64,000 nucleotides of DNA from Candidatus Latescibacterota bacterium. GTDB lineage: Bacteria > Latescibacterota > UBA2968 > GCA-2709665. A model generated the notes under the pieces. It did no database searches, had not been told where the DNA came from, and saw nothing but the letters and a program-made list of their open reading frames with translations. How positions within the stretch are numbered: the stretch's first letter is position 1; every line of letters starts with the position of its first letter. Of this stretch, positions 18,177 through 29,022 are shown piece after piece. A program made the translations under genes and the position numbers. Location of the stretch: the NCBI GenBank assembly GCA_965198095.1, contig OZ240239.1:1018816-1082815 (forward strand), in the 5' to 3' direction.

Positions 18177-19996
18177 CGCGCGGCCTTTCCTTGATGGAAT
18201 TCCTGAAGCGTGCGGACACGGATGGATTCGTCCTTCTTCTGAGATTCGATTCCGGCGACGGCTGCGGCGGCCCCGGCGAGCGTGGTCGTGTAGGGGATGC
18301 CGTACTGGAGGGCAGCCCGTCGAATCTGGAGGTCGTAAGCCTGGGACTTTTCGCCGGCGGGCGTGTTGACCATGAGGTCGATCCTCTTGTTCTTTATGGC
18401 GTCCACGACGTGGGGCCGCCCCTCCTGTATTTTGAAGGTACGTTCGGCGGGGATCCCCCGGGCCGCCAGGAACGACTGGGTGCCCTGCGTCGACAGGATC
18501 CGGAAACCGAGCGCCACGAGGCGCCGGGCCACGGGCAGCACGGCGGCCTTGTCCCGATCGTTCACGCTTACGAAGACGGTTCCCTCACAGGGCAATCGCA
18601 CGCCCGCGCCGAGCTGGGCCTTGTGAAAGCTGAGCCCAAAGTCGGTGTCGATCCCCATGACCTCGCCGGTGGATTTCATTTCCGGGCCAAGAAGCGTATC
18701 TACGCCCGGGAACTTGATGAAGGGCAGGACCGCCTCCTTGACGGCGATGTGATCGATGACGATGTCGTCAGGAATCTCTTGCTCTTTGAGCGTCCTTCCG
18801 ACCACCGCCCGCGCCGCGACCTTGCCCAGCGGGATGCCGATCGCCTTGCTGACGAAGGGAACGGTGCGGGAAGCCCTGGGGTTGACCTCCAGGACGTAGA
18901 CCTCCTCATTCTGAATCGCGTATTGTACGTTGATCAGACCGACCACCTGAAGGGCGCGCGCCAGGGCCCGCGTATGTCTTTTGAGCTCGTCGAGGTTGTC
19001 ATCCGAAATCCTGTATGGGGGCAGCACGCACGCGCTGTCTCCGGAGTGGATGCCGGCGCTCTCGATATGTTGCATGATTCCGCCGATGATGACGGCAGAC
19101 CGATCGCTCACGGCATCGACGTCGAACTCGTGGGCGTCTTCCAGGAAGCGGTCGATGAGAACGGGATGCTCGGGCGACGTCCGAATCGCTTCTTCCATGT
19201 AGCTCAGGAGCGCCTCCGTCTCGTAGACGATGACCATGGCGCGACCTCCCAGGACATAGGAGGGGCGCACCAGCACCGGATAGCCGATCGATTCCGCGAC
19301 GGCGACGGCCTCGTCCGTGCTCGTTGCCGTGCCGTTTTCGGGCTGTCGGAGGCCAAGTTCATCGATGAGGTTGCCGAACCGCTCCCGGTCCTCCGCGAGA
19401 TCGATGCTTTCCGGAGAGGTGCCCAGGATCTTCAGTCCGGCCCGCTCCAGATCGTGGGCGAGATTCAACGGCGTCTGTCCACCGAACTGAACGATGGCCC
19501 CGTCGGGCGCTTCCGCATCCGCGATGTTGAGGACATCTTCCGCGGTCACGGGCTCGAAGTAGAGTTTGTCGGACGTATCGTAGTCCGTGCTGACGGTCTC
19601 GGGGTTGGAATTGACCATGATGGTCTCGAAACCGTCCTCTCTCAGCGCGAAAGAGGCGTGAACGCAGCAATAGTCGAACTCGATCCCCTGTCCGATGCGG
19701 TTTGGGCCGCTGCCCAGGATCATGATCTTCTTCCGTTTGGACCGAACCACTTCGGTTTCGGTCTCGTAGGTCGAAAAATGGTAGGGCGTGTAGGCCTCGA
19801 ATTCAGCCGCGCAGGTATCCACCGTCTTAAACGTGGCAACGACGCCGAGTTCTTTCCTGAGTGCCCTCACCGTCCATTCGTCGGTTTGCCACAGATGGGC
19901 AAGCTGCCGGTCGCTGAAGCCGGATTGCTTGGCCTTGAGCAGGATCTCCCGGCCGATTCCGGCTCTCAGGTCATTCAGGGCGCGGGTTCTTTTCAT
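18167..19996 (-). CDS. carB: Carbamoyl-phosphate synthase large subunit, C-terminal segment (end of the oligomerisation domain, second ATP-grasp, MGS-like domain)
   Basis: LNDLRAGIGREILLKAKQSGFSDRQLAHL...FKTVDTCAAEF...IMILGSGPNRIGQGIEFDYCCVH continues CarB colinearly from about E. coli residue 485. The track start at 20014 is a TTG codon, so the ATG at 19994-19996 is also a possible start. Confidence 0.85.
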   Translation of the reverse strand: MKRTRALNDLRAGIGREILLKAKQSGFSDRQLAHLWQTDEWTVRALRKELGVVATFKTVDTCAAEFEAYTPYHFSTYETETEVVRSKRKKIMILGSGPNRIGQGIEFDYCCVHASFALREDGFETIMVNSNPETVSTDYDTSDKLYFEPVTAEDVLNIADAEAPDGAIVQFGGQTPLNLAHDLERAGLKILGTSPESIDLAEDRERFGNLIDELGLRQPENGTATSTDEAVAVAESIGYPVLVRPSYVLGGRAMVIVYETEALLSYMEEAIRTSPEHPVLIDRFLEDAHEFDVDAVSDRSAVIIGGIMQHIESAGIHSGDSACVLPPYRISDDNLDELKRHTRALARALQVVGLINVQYAIQNEEVYVLEVNPRASRTVPFVSKAIGIPLGKVAARAVVGRTLKEQEIPDDIVIDHIAVKEAVLPFIKFPGVDTLLGPEMKSTGEVMGIDTDFGLSFHKAQLGAGVRLPCEGTVFVSVNDRDKAAVLPVARRLVALGFRILSTQGTQSFLAARGIPAERTFKIQEGRPHVVDAIKNKRIDLMVNTPAGEKSQAYDLQIRRAALQYGIPYTTTLAGAAAAVAGIESQKKDESIRVRTLQEFHQGKAARCG

Positions 19997-20121
19997 GTTG
20001 GAAGCGCGGACCAAAGCCGATCCCGTCAGGCGTGGGTTCCTTCATCTTCGAACGGCAGGAGACAACCGGAAGGGGCGGCAGCCCGTCGGCTTCTGCTGCT
20101 GAGCGGCCCGCTGTCCGTGGA

Positions 20122-21573
20122 TCATCCGTTCATTAATCCTGCGAGTTCTCTTTCGATCTCGATGATTTCTCGAATGTTTTCCAAAAACCAGGGATCGATA
20201 CGCGTGAGTCTGCTGATCTCCGAAGTGGGCCACCCCATCACGTAGGCGGACCGTATGTAGAACAGGCGCTCGGAACTCGGCATCCTGAGCTGCCCTCTCA
20301 ACTCGGCCGGATCCAGCTGCGTGACGTCCGGGTCTTTGCCGTCCGCTCCAAATCCGGCGCGCCCGATCTCGAGCGACCGGAGGCCCTTTTGCAGAGCCTC
20401 CTTGAAGGTCCGGCCGATGGCCATGGTTTCTCCAACCGACTTCATTTGTGTGCCGAGAAGGTTGTCGGCCTGCGGAAACTTCTCGAACGTCCAACGGGGG
20501 ATCTTGACGACGCAATAATCGATCGTCGGTTCGAAGGAGGCCGGGGTCTCGCGCGTGATGTCGTTTCGGATCTCGTCCAGGGTGTAGCCCACCGCGAGCT
20601 TGGCCGCGATCTTGGCAATCGGAAAACCCGTGGCCTTGGAGGCCAGGGCAGAGCTCCGGGAGACGCGGGGGTTCATCTCGATGATGACCATACGTCCCGT
20701 CTCAGGCTCTATGGCAAACTGGATGTTGGATCCTCCGGTTTCGACACCGATCTCCCGGATCACGTCCATGGCTGCATCCCGCATCCGCTGATACTCCTTG
20801 TCCGTCAGCGTCTGTGCCGGGGCCACGGTGACGGAGTCGCCGGTGTGGATGCCCATCGGGTCGAAGTTTTCTATGGAGCAGATGATGACGACGTTGTCGT
20901 TCAGGTCGCGCATGACCTCGAGCTCGAATTCCTTCCAACCCAGGACCGACTCTTCTATGAGGATCTCGCTGGTGGGCGAGAGGTCGAGTCCTTGTGCGGC
21001 GACGCTCTCGAACGTCTCGGCGTCGTAGGCCGTGCCCGCTCCCGTGCCGCCGAGCGTGTAGGAAGGACGGATGATCGCCGGAAAACCGATGTCTGCCACG
21101 ACCCTGGTGGCCTCTTCCAGCGTGTGCGCAAACCCCCCCCTCGGCAGGTCGAGGCCGATACGCGCCATGGCCTTCTGAAACCGTTCCCGGTTTTCCGCCT
21201 TCTCTATTGCTTCTGAATTTGCGCCAATCAGTTCGACGTTGAACTGTTGCAGCACGCCCTGGCGATGGAGGTCCATCGCCACGTTCAGGCCGGTCTGTCC
21301 GCCCACCGTAGGGAGCAGGGCGTCGGGCCGCTCACGCTCGATCACGGCGGCACAGACTTCGGCCGTCACCGGTTCCACGTAGGTGCGATCGGCCATCTCC
21401 GGATCGGTCATGATCGTGGCTGGATTGCTGTTGACCAGGACCAGGACGTAGCCCTCTTCTTTCAGGGCTTTACACGCCTGTGTCCCGGAATAGTCGAACT
21501 CGCAGGCCTGACCGATGACGATCGGGCCCGAGCCGATGAGCATGACCTTTTCTATGTCGAGGCGTTTTGGCAC
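20122..21573 (-). CDS. carB: Carbamoyl-phosphate synthase large subunit, N-terminal segment (first ATP-grasp plus start of the oligomerisation domain)
   Basis: [42 protein letters not shown]...; ends ...[25 protein letters not shown] inside the oligomerisation domain. Confidence 0.85.
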   Translation of the reverse strand: MPKRLDIEKVMLIGSGPIVIGQACEFDYSGTQACKALKEEGYVLVLVNSNPATIMTDPEMADRTYVEPVTAEVCAAVIERERPDALLPTVGGQTGLNVAMDLHRQGVLQQFNVELIGANSEAIEKAENRERFQKAMARIGLDLPRGGFAHTLEEATRVVADIGFPAIIRPSYTLGGTGAGTAYDAETFESVAAQGLDLSPTSEILIEESVLGWKEFELEVMRDLNDNVVIICSIENFDPMGIHTGDSVTVAPAQTLTDKEYQRMRDAAMDVIREIGVETGGSNIQFAIEPETGRMVIIEMNPRVSRSSALASKATGFPIAKIAAKLAVGYTLDEIRNDITRETPASFEPTIDYCVVKIPRWTFEKFPQADNLLGTQMKSVGETMAIGRTFKEALQKGLRSLEIGRAGFGADGKDPDVTQLDPAELRGQLRMPSSERLFYIRSAYVMGWPTSEISRLTRIDPWFLENIREIIEIERELAGLMNG

Positions 21574-21696
21574 GTGTGGCCTCGATCTTGCGACGACGGA
21601 ACGGCGTCGCCGGTCGCTACGCGATAAAAAAAAGTCCTGCGACCCTCTGGGCTGACCGCAGGCGAAAGGTGAAAGACAGGCTGTAGGGGTTCCCGG

Positions 21697-22215
21697 TCAT
21701 ATGTTCTGCAGGAGGACAAGGTAGACGAGCAGGAGCACGAGAAGCAGGGTGGAGACGTAGCAAGTTCTGAGGAGGAGAACCTTGAGCCGGCTTCGGGACT
21801 CGATTTTGACGGGGAGTTCCGAGCGCAATTCCCTTTTGGACCCTTCGGGAAACCGCTCCTGTTCGATGAGGCGTTCCAGTTTCGGATCGCAGTCTCTCAT
21901 CGTCCGCAGGATCAATCGTTTGTTTCGCGCCACTCTTCGCGCAAACCGCTGGCGAGACGACTTCACCGTGCCTTCTACGGCCGGGGGTCGATCTTCTTCA
22001 TCTTCCCTGCGCTCCTCGATCAACCCGAGCGTCCTGGCCCGGGCCAGTTTCTCCGCCAGAACCCGCATCTGTTTTCGATCGTGGATGTTATTGTGAATCA
22101 CCCGGCCGCATATCTCGACAAAGCGGTCCAGGTCGGCACTGATCTCACTCTCGCTCAGCCCGAGGAGGTAGGACTCCTCGATCATTTCATCTATGCTTTC
22201 GCGGATGTCAGGCAT
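21697..22215 (-). CDS. Hypothetical protein with a C-terminal transmembrane helix
   Basis: 172 aa with a charged N-terminal region and a hydrophobic C-terminus LLLRTCYVSTLLLVLLLVYLVLL. No recognisable domain. Confidence 0.4.
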   Translation of the reverse strand: MPDIRESIDEMIEESYLLGLSESEISADLDRFVEICGRVIHNNIHDRKQMRVLAEKLARARTLGLIEERREDEEDRPPAVEGTVKSSRQRFARRVARNKRLILRTMRDCDPKLERLIEQERFPEGSKRELRSELPVKIESRSRLKVLLLRTCYVSTLLLVLLLVYLVLLQNI

Positions 22216-22236
22216 TCATCCGTTTCCAAGGCGCTG

Positions 22237-23841
22237 TCAGTTTGAAACAAACCGCACGTAACGGTTCCTGTCCTCCCCGTTTCGAAGCTGCTGCTCGGCT
22301 CGGGGGAGGAATTCGAGGATATCGCCCGCAATCATGCCTGTCTGCCCGACCTTCCCGGCCGCCAGGTCTCCCGCGAGACCGTGCAGATAGACGCCGAGAC
22401 AGGCCGCTCGTTCCGCCGGCAAGCCCTGGCCGATGAGGGCGGCGATGACGCCGGTCAAGACGTCCCCGGACCCGCCGGTGGCCATCCCGGCGTTTCCGCT
22501 CGCGTTGACGAACGTGTCGCCTTTGGGCGTTGCCACAACGGAAGGGGCCCCTTTGAGGACGACGGTCACCCCGGTGGATGACGCCAGGTCTCCGGCGGCC
22601 CCGATCGGGTCCGCGAGGACCTTTGAAATCTCCATTCCGGTCAGCCGACTGAACTCGCCGGGGTGCGGCGTGATGACCGCCGGCGGGGTCAGGGTTCTGA
22701 GATGACCGGGGTCTCCGGCCAGGGCGTTCAGGGCGTCTGCGTCCAGAACGGTCGGGATCTTCGCGTGTCGGACCAGACGTCTGACGAGCTCGACCGTTTC
22801 GCGTTGCGTTCCAAGACCGGGACCCAGAGCCAGGGCGTCCGCGCCCTCGAGGAGGGATTCGATCGCGCCCCGTGCGCGCAACGCCAGACACCTCGCCTTT
22901 CGGACTTCCGGGAGGGGGCGCGTCATCGCTTCCGAGAGCTTGACTTCCAGGATGTCGTTGAGGCTCTCGGGCGCGCCCACGGTGACGAGGCCGGCGCCGG
23001 ACTTGAGCGCGGCCGTCGCGGCAAGCGTCGGAGCGCCGGTGAGACCGACGGAGCCACCGACGATGACGACGCGACCACAGTCGCCCTTGTGTGCATCCGG
23101 CGCCCGCGTCGGGAGAAACTCCGAGGCGAGCCCACCTTCGAGAAGAAAGGTGTTGACGTCTTCAGCCCCCACCGCCGACGGCGGGAGACCGATGTCTACA
23201 AGGTAAAGCCGCTTCGAAAGGCCTCGACCGGGATGGAAGAACTGTCCACGTTTCGGGAGCCCGAACGTGACCGTGCAGGCGGCCTGAACACAAGCACCCT
23301 CTGCGTGACCCGTGTCGGCGTCGAGTCCCGACGGGACGTCCACGGCGACGATCGGACAGTCTGCCCGACCGAGTCGCTCGATGAGGCTTGCAATCAGGCC
23401 TCTGGCGCGTCCCCGTATACCCGTTCCAAGGAGCGCATCGACAACGGCGTGGCCGTTCGAGAGCGCCTGCTCGACGCGCGGCAGGTCGGCCTTCTCACGC
23501 ACTTCGAAGATTTGGACGCCGCAATCTCTCGCGCGGTCCAGATGGATGCGGGCATCCCCACCGATCTCGTCCGCCGAGGCCACGAGGAAGACGAGAGGGC
23601 ACGCGCCCGCTTCGAACGCGAGGCGCGCCACGACGAACCCATCTCCTCCGTTGTTCCCCTTGCCGCAGAGGAGGATCAGCTTCTTGTTCCGGAGATCTCC
23701 GACGAGGGCCGCGACCACGCGGGCAACACCGCGGCCCGCTGCCTCCATCAACGCTTTTCCGGGAATGCCGGCTTCAATGGCCCTCTTGTCGATCTGGGCC
23801 ATCTGCACGGAAGTAACCAGCTTGGTGTGGGCCGACCGCAC
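22237..23841 (-). CDS. nnr: Bifunctional NAD(P)H-hydrate repair enzyme (NAD(P)HX epimerase / ADP-dependent dehydratase)
   Basis: YjeF-N domain (LLCGKGNNGGDGFVVARL) plus YjeF-C carbohydrate-kinase domain (GGSGDVLTG). The antisense ORF 22663-23943 is rejected. Confidence 0.85.
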   Translation of the reverse strand: MRSAHTKLVTSVQMAQIDKRAIEAGIPGKALMEAAGRGVARVVAALVGDLRNKKLILLCGKGNNGGDGFVVARLAFEAGACPLVFLVASADEIGGDARIHLDRARDCGVQIFEVREKADLPRVEQALSNGHAVVDALLGTGIRGRARGLIASLIERLGRADCPIVAVDVPSGLDADTGHAEGACVQAACTVTFGLPKRGQFFHPGRGLSKRLYLVDIGLPPSAVGAEDVNTFLLEGGLASEFLPTRAPDAHKGDCGRVVIVGGSVGLTGAPTLAATAALKSGAGLVTVGAPESLNDILEVKLSEAMTRPLPEVRKARCLALRARGAIESLLEGADALALGPGLGTQRETVELVRRLVRHAKIPTVLDADALNALAGDPGHLRTLTPPAVITPHPGEFSRLTGMEISKVLADPIGAAGDLASSTGVTVVLKGAPSVVATPKGDTFVNASGNAGMATGGSGDVLTGVIAALIGQGLPAERAACLGVYLHGLAGDLAAGKVGQTGMIAGDILEFLPRAEQQLRNGEDRNRYVRFVSN

Positions 23842-23843
23842 GT

Positions 23844-24227
23844 TCAGACCCCGGGCTGGGGTGTCTCTGCGATAACGACAGCGATGGCCTGGGAATCGGT
23901 GTGTGTCAGGCTCACAAGGAAGCGGCGCCCCGCAGCCAGCTGACGCGATCGACCGTGGAGGACCATCCGGGGCGCGGAGCCCGGCCTACGCGTCACTTCG
24001 AGATCCACCCACCTCACCCCTCGCTTCCAGCCCGTGCCCAAGGCCTTCATTGCGGCCTCCTTGGCGGCGAATCTGGCGGCCAGAGAGGCGTCATTTTGGC
24101 CGTGCGCAAAACAGTAAGCAAGCTCTGCGGGCGTATAAACCCGCCTCAAGAACCGATCTCCCCAGCGCGTGACCGCCGCCCGGACGCGATCAATTTCTAC
24201 AAGGTCTATGCCGATGGCGCTGATCAC
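23844..24227 (-). CDS. acpS: Holo-[acyl-carrier-protein] synthase
   Basis: MISAIGIDLVEIDRV..FAAKEAAMKALG. It overlaps the nnr start by 4 nt, so the two are likely an operon. Confidence 0.85.
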   Translation of the reverse strand: MISAIGIDLVEIDRVRAAVTRWGDRFLRRVYTPAELAYCFAHGQNDASLAARFAAKEAAMKALGTGWKRGVRWVDLEVTRRPGSAPRMVLHGRSRQLAAGRRFLVSLTHTDSQAIAVVIAETPQPGV

Positions 24228-24369
24228 CTGGAGGCCTGTCCGAATCGGTTCTGAACTGGACTAAAAATACGGGAATCGATCTGTCAAAGCAACCGTTTTT
24301 TGGGGGATAAAACGGCCTCAAAAGGCCCGAAATCAGGCGGCTTGCGCCTCTCTCGACGCCACAATTTCC

Positions 24370-24399
24370 TTGACACAAACAGCCCCGCTTCCGTAGTAT
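24370..24399 (+). promoter_or_regulatory. Sigma-70-like promoter for tRNA-Ser
   Basis: TTGACA (24370-24375), an 18-nt spacer, then TAGTAT (24394-24399), about 40 nt upstream of the tRNA. Confidence 0.35.
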
Positions 24400-24439
24400 T
24401 TTTTGACTGTCTGCATTTTCTCCTTTAATTCCGAGGACC

Positions 24440-24527
24440 GGTGGGGTGTCCGAGCGGTCGAAGGAGACGGTCTTGAAAACCGTTGACCCTCACGGGTCCG
24501 TGGGTTCGAATCCCACCCCCACCGCCA
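24440..24527 (+). tRNA. tRNA-Ser (anticodon TGA), CCA encoded
   Basis: GGTGGGGTGTCCGAGCGG...CTTGAAAAC...long variable arm...GGGTTCGAATCCCACCCCCACCGCCA. The 7-bp acceptor stem pairs. Confidence 0.85.
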
Positions 24528-24600
24528 GATTCTCCCCGTCATTCCCGGTTTGGTCTTGATTTTGCCCATGCGATTGTTTAAGCTTTTTCTTCGCGATTCC

Positions 24601-24694
<94 letters not shown>

Positions 24695-25190
24695 TTATTT
24701 GTATAAATCTTGAGTCACGTCCGAAAAAGGTGTTATAGGTCATCATAAGGATTCAGCATCATGGGCGGTCAACGTATCTGAGGTTTTGCGGCTGAGTCGG
24801 TAGATTGCGTCTTCAGGCGGTCCGTCGATACCTGGACTCTCCTCTCGAGGCCCTCCCGCTGGCGCGGGTCCAGGATATATAAGGTCTGGGAGGCTATGAT
24901 GAGCAAATATTGGCAGGTAGCGGCGGGATCAAGTGGGAGAGATTACTCGAGAGAATTTCTTAAATTCGGAATCGCCTTTGTTGGGGGTGAAAGACATGGG
25001 AGATATTGTTATACTGAATATGTTTTGACCCCTGTCAAGGGCTCCGATGCCTGCGGGCGGTTGAATGATGCCCAGGTGGATCCGGGTGCCTGCCCTCCCT
25101 GACGTCTGCTTATCAGGCCTTTACGACGCGTCGCCCGCGTTCGGTGCCTGTGGTCTTGTTCTGGGGGACGTGGGAGAATGGGCCGATTGA

Positions 25191-25421
25191 TTGGAGAAAA
25201 GTATGAGTGTTGAGTTCATCAGCATCGTAGCGGTGGGAGTAGCCTTGGCCGGGGTGATCCTGGCCAGCAGTCGCGGGGTGCGGCAGGACATGCGGCGTCT
25301 GGATGAGAGGATCGGCGGGCTGGAGTCCCAGATTGGCGAACTGCGCGAGCGCATGGCGCATCTTGAAGGATTGCTTGAAGGATTGCGGGAGGCTGTCACC
25401 GGACGGGCCAGGGCCAGCTAA
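25191..25421 (+). CDS. Small hypothetical membrane protein with a coiled-coil tail
   Basis: 76 aa, with a TM helix ISIVAVGVALAGVILA followed by a heptad-like RLDERIGGLESQIGELRERMAHLEGLLEGL. Coding status is uncertain. Confidence 0.3.
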   Translation: MEKSMSVEFISIVAVGVALAGVILASSRGVRQDMRRLDERIGGLESQIGELRERMAHLEGLLEGLREAVTGRARAS

Positions 25422-25658
25422 GGCCGCCCTTGGCGAGGCGTCGGCGCTCCAGACAACCAACATTGAAAGCCATTTGGAGCCATGAAGCGTAAACGAGACG
25501 GATTGGTTTCCATTCGGGGATGCTCTCTCTGATCCGGGCGGGCCGGTGAAGGCGATCCGCGAAGCCTTCCCATGCGCTTCACCTGCTTCGACCAAGTGAA
25601 CCAGGGGCCGGAAGTCACAAACTATCTGCAACATCTCCGCCAATTTTCGATCGACGCC

Positions 25659-27113
25659 ATGTCAGATCCCGTGCTCAGGCTTGCGCCGTCCCCGACGGGT
25701 GGATTCCACGCCGGGAATGCCCGTACGGCAGTCTTCAACGATCTTTACGCGCGCCGCTACGGAGGCCGTCTGCTGCTTCGCGTCGAAGACACGGACCGGG
25801 ACCGCTTTACGAGAGATTCGCTGGCGACGATCCTGGAGGGGCTGGCGTGGCTCGGGATCGCCTTCGACGGCGACCCGGTCTTTCAGACGGGAAACGCGGA
25901 GGCGCACCGTCGCGCAGCGGAATCGCTTCTGAAGCAGGGCAGGGCCTACAGGTGCTACTGCACGCCCGACGCGCTCGAGGCGAAGCGCAAGCAGGCCATT
26001 TCGGAGAGGCGTCACGTCAAATACGACGGGACGTGCCGAGATCTGTCACCGGAAGTGCGGGGCGAAAAGGAACGGCGCGGCATCCCCTGCGTCGTGCGAT
26101 TTAACGTCCGGGAGGGGGAGACGGCGTGGAACGACGCCATCCGAGGGCCTTCTGTCTGGGCGAACGGGCAGATCGGAGACTTCGTCATCCTTCGCGCGGA
26201 CGGGTCGGCGACCTATCAGCTCGCCGTCGTGGTGGACGACCACGATATGGGGGTCACGCTCGCCCTGAGGGGGGCGGATCACCTGTCGAACACGCCCAAG
26301 CAGATCATGCTGTTCCAGGCGCTCGGTTGGACGATCCCGGATTATGCGCACACGACGCTCATCCTGGGGCCCGACGGCAAAAAGCTGAGCAAGCGCCACG
26401 GCGACACGACCGTTCTGGAATACCGCGAGCGGGGGCTGTTGCCGGTTGCGCTTTACAACTTCCTCGCGCTGCTGGGATGGGCCCCGGAGGAAGCCGGACG
26501 GGAGGTGTTCGAGCGAGAGGCGCTGGTGGAGGCGTTTTCGATCGAGGGGATGCTCAGGAAGGACGCGGTGTTCGACGAGAGGAAACTGGATTGGCTGCAA
26601 GGCGAGCACATCCGCGCGAAATCGGCGTCGGAGCTGGCCGACGCCGCGGCGAAGGTCTGGATCGAAGCGGGGTGGATGGACGAAGCAGAGGCGGAAGATC
26701 GCGAGGCGGAGCTGGCTCGCATCTGCGCCTTGCTGCGGGAGCGCATCCGGACCTACGGCGACTTCCTGGCCTTCGGCTATTTTTTCAAAGACCCTGAAGC
26801 GTTCGAAGAGAAGGCGAGAAAGAGACACTGGAAAGCGGACACCCCGGTTCGAATCGAGGCGCTCGTTTCCAGGCTCGAGGCGCTGGAGCGGTTTACGGAG
26901 GGAGAGGTTGAACGGGTGACGCGGACCCTGGCCGGGGAACTCGGGATCTCTCCGGCCCGGCTGATCCACCCTGCGCGGCTCGCCCTGTGCGGCGTCGGGT
27001 TCGGGCCCGGATTGTTCGAGTTGATGGAGGTGCTCGGCCAGGAGACCTGCATCAGACGCCTGCACAACGGGATGGCGTTGCTGGGCCGGGAGACGCCCGT
27101 CTCGGCGGAATGA
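25659..27113 (+). CDS. gltX: Glutamyl-tRNA synthetase
   Basis: Class-I HIGH motif (PSPTGGFHAGNART) and a KMSKS-like KLSKRHG. GluRS-like layout. The antisense ORF 26046-27065 is rejected. Confidence 0.9.
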   Translation: MSDPVLRLAPSPTGGFHAGNARTAVFNDLYARRYGGRLLLRVEDTDRDRFTRDSLATILEGLAWLGIAFDGDPVFQTGNAEAHRRAAESLLKQGRAYRCYCTPDALEAKRKQAISERRHVKYDGTCRDLSPEVRGEKERRGIPCVVRFNVREGETAWNDAIRGPSVWANGQIGDFVILRADGSATYQLAVVVDDHDMGVTLALRGADHLSNTPKQIMLFQALGWTIPDYAHTTLILGPDGKKLSKRHGDTTVLEYRERGLLPVALYNFLALLGWAPEEAGREVFEREALVEAFSIEGMLRKDAVFDERKLDWLQGEHIRAKSASELADAAAKVWIEAGWMDEAEAEDREAELARICALLRERIRTYGDFLAFGYFFKDPEAFEEKARKRHWKADTPVRIEALVSRLEALERFTEGEVERVTRTLAGELGISPARLIHPARLALCGVGFGPGLFELMEVLGQETCIRRLHNGMALLGRETPVSAE

Positions 27114-27121
27114 GATTGCAC

Positions 27122-27195
27122 TGCCCCCTCGTCTAATGGCAAGACATGCGGCTCTGGACCGTAGAATCGGGGTTCGAATCCCTGGGGGGCAGCCA
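27122..27195 (+). tRNA. tRNA-Gln (anticodon CTG), CCA encoded
   Basis: TGCCCCC...anticodon loop CTCTGGA...CGGGGTTCGAATCCCTGGGGGGCAGCCA. Acceptor and T stems pair. Confidence 0.8.
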
Positions 27196-27296
27196 TCAAA
27201 CAGCGCTCCTGTCTCCGAAAGCAGGGGCGCTCACATTTTGAACGGCGTTGAATTCCGGATCGGAGAGGCCCGTTTGGAGGTTGAGGAACAGGACGC

Positions 27297-29000
27297 ATGC
27301 CAGCGCGCGACGTAAAAGTCCGTCCGGAGGAGGCGGCATCCGATTTCATCCGCGACGCGATCCGTGAGGACCTTCGAACGGGTCGTTGCGATGGCGTGAT
27401 GACGCGGTTTCCGCCCGAGCCGAACGGATATCTGCACATCGGTCACGCCAAGCCGATCTGCTTGAACTTCTGGATTGCCGAGGAGTTCGGCGGGGTCTGC
27501 AACCTCCGCTTCGACGACACGAACCCCCTCAAGGAGGAAGAGGAATACGTCGATGCCATTATGAAAGACATCCGGTGGCTCGGGTTCGACTGGGGCGGTC
27601 ATCTCTACTTCGCGTCGGACTACTTTGAGCAGCTTCACGCGTTTGCGGCCACACTGATCGAAGCGGGAAAGGCCTTTGTATGCGACCTCGGTCCCGAGGA
27701 GGTCCGGGACTACCGGGGCACCCTGACCCGGCCCGGGCGCGAGAGTCCGTTTCGCAGCCGGTCGGTGGAGGAGAACCTGGATCTGTTCGCTCGGATGCGG
27801 GCCGGGGAGTGTCCGGACGGGTCGCGTACGCTCCGGGCCAAGATCGACATGGCATCGCCCAACATGAACATGCGGGATCCGGTGATGTACCGAATTATCC
27901 GCGCCTCTCACCATCGTACGGGGGATCGGTGGCGCATCTATCCCATGTACGACTTCGCTCACGGACAGTCGGATTCCATCGAGGGTGTGACGCATTCACT
28001 CTGTTCGGGAGAGTATGAGGATCATCGCCCCCTGTATGACTGGTTCATAAGGGAGTTGAAGATCTTTCCCTCCCGGCAGATCGAGTTTCCCAAGCTGTTC
28101 CTCACCTATACGATGGTGAGCAAGCGGCGGCTGCGGCGTTTGGTAGACGAAGGATACGTGATGGGCTGGGACGATCCGCGGATGGCAACGCTGGCCGGGA
28201 TGCGCCGGAGAGGGGTGCCGCCCGAAGCGATCCGAACCTTCGTGCGACGCGTCGGGATGACCAAACGGGATACGACGGCTGAGATCGAGCTGTTGGAGCA
28301 CCACATCCGCGAATCCTTGAATTTCAGCGCGTCCCGCGTGATGGGGGTGATCGATCCGCTGCGCGTCGTGATCGAAAACTACCCGGAGGGGAAAAGCGAG
28401 GAGATCGAGGCGATCAACAACCCGGAAGATCCCTCCGCCGGCACGCGCAAGGTCCCCTTCTCGCGGGTTCTCTACATCGAGCGCGATGATTTCATGGAAG
28501 ACCCGCCGCGGAGGTTTTACCGACTCGCGCCCGGGCGGGAGGTCCGCCTCCGCTATGCCTATCTCATTACGTGCAGGGAGGCGGTACACGACGAGAACGG
28601 CGAGGTGGTGGCGCTCAAATGTACGTATGACCCGGAGACGCGGGGCGGAGACGCACCCGACGGACGGAAGGTGAAGGCGACCCTGCACTGGGTGTCCGCC
28701 GAGCACGCGGCAAAGGTGGAAGTGAGGCTTTACGACCGGCTGTTCCGCGTGGAGAATCCGATGGAGACGCCCGAGGGCGGTGACTGGATCGACAACCTGA
28801 ATCCGGATTCCCTCGAGGTCCGTTCGGACTGCTACGTGGAGCCGAGCGTCAAAGGGGCGGCGCCGGGCTATCGGTGCCAGTTCGAGCGGCTCGGCTACTT
28901 CTGTGTCGATTCCGATTCGTCGGAAGACGGCCTGGTGTTCAACCGGACCGTCACGCTTCGGGATGCGTGGGCAAGGATGGCAAAGCGGAGAAAAGGTTAG
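27297..29000 (+). CDS. glnS: Glutaminyl-tRNA synthetase
   Basis: [29 protein letters not shown] (HIGH) and VMSKR (KMSKS), with a GlnRS-type anticodon-binding C-terminal domain. The antisense ORF 27996-29051 is rejected. Confidence 0.9.
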   Translation: MPARDVKVRPEEAASDFIRDAIREDLRTGRCDGVMTRFPPEPNGYLHIGHAKPICLNFWIAEEFGGVCNLRFDDTNPLKEEEEYVDAIMKDIRWLGFDWGGHLYFASDYFEQLHAFAATLIEAGKAFVCDLGPEEVRDYRGTLTRPGRESPFRSRSVEENLDLFARMRAGECPDGSRTLRAKIDMASPNMNMRDPVMYRIIRASHHRTGDRWRIYPMYDFAHGQSDSIEGVTHSLCSGEYEDHRPLYDWFIRELKIFPSRQIEFPKLFLTYTMVSKRRLRRLVDEGYVMGWDDPRMATLAGMRRRGVPPEAIRTFVRRVGMTKRDTTAEIELLEHHIRESLNFSASRVMGVIDPLRVVIENYPEGKSEEIEAINNPEDPSAGTRKVPFSRVLYIERDDFMEDPPRRFYRLAPGREVRLRYAYLITCREAVHDENGEVVALKCTYDPETRGGDAPDGRKVKATLHWVSAEHAAKVEVRLYDRLFRVENPMETPEGGDWIDNLNPDSLEVRSDCYVEPSVKGAAPGYRCQFERLGYFCVDSDSSEDGLVFNRTVTLRDAWARMAKRRKG

Positions 29001-29022
29001 CCTGAATAATTCATAACCTGAA

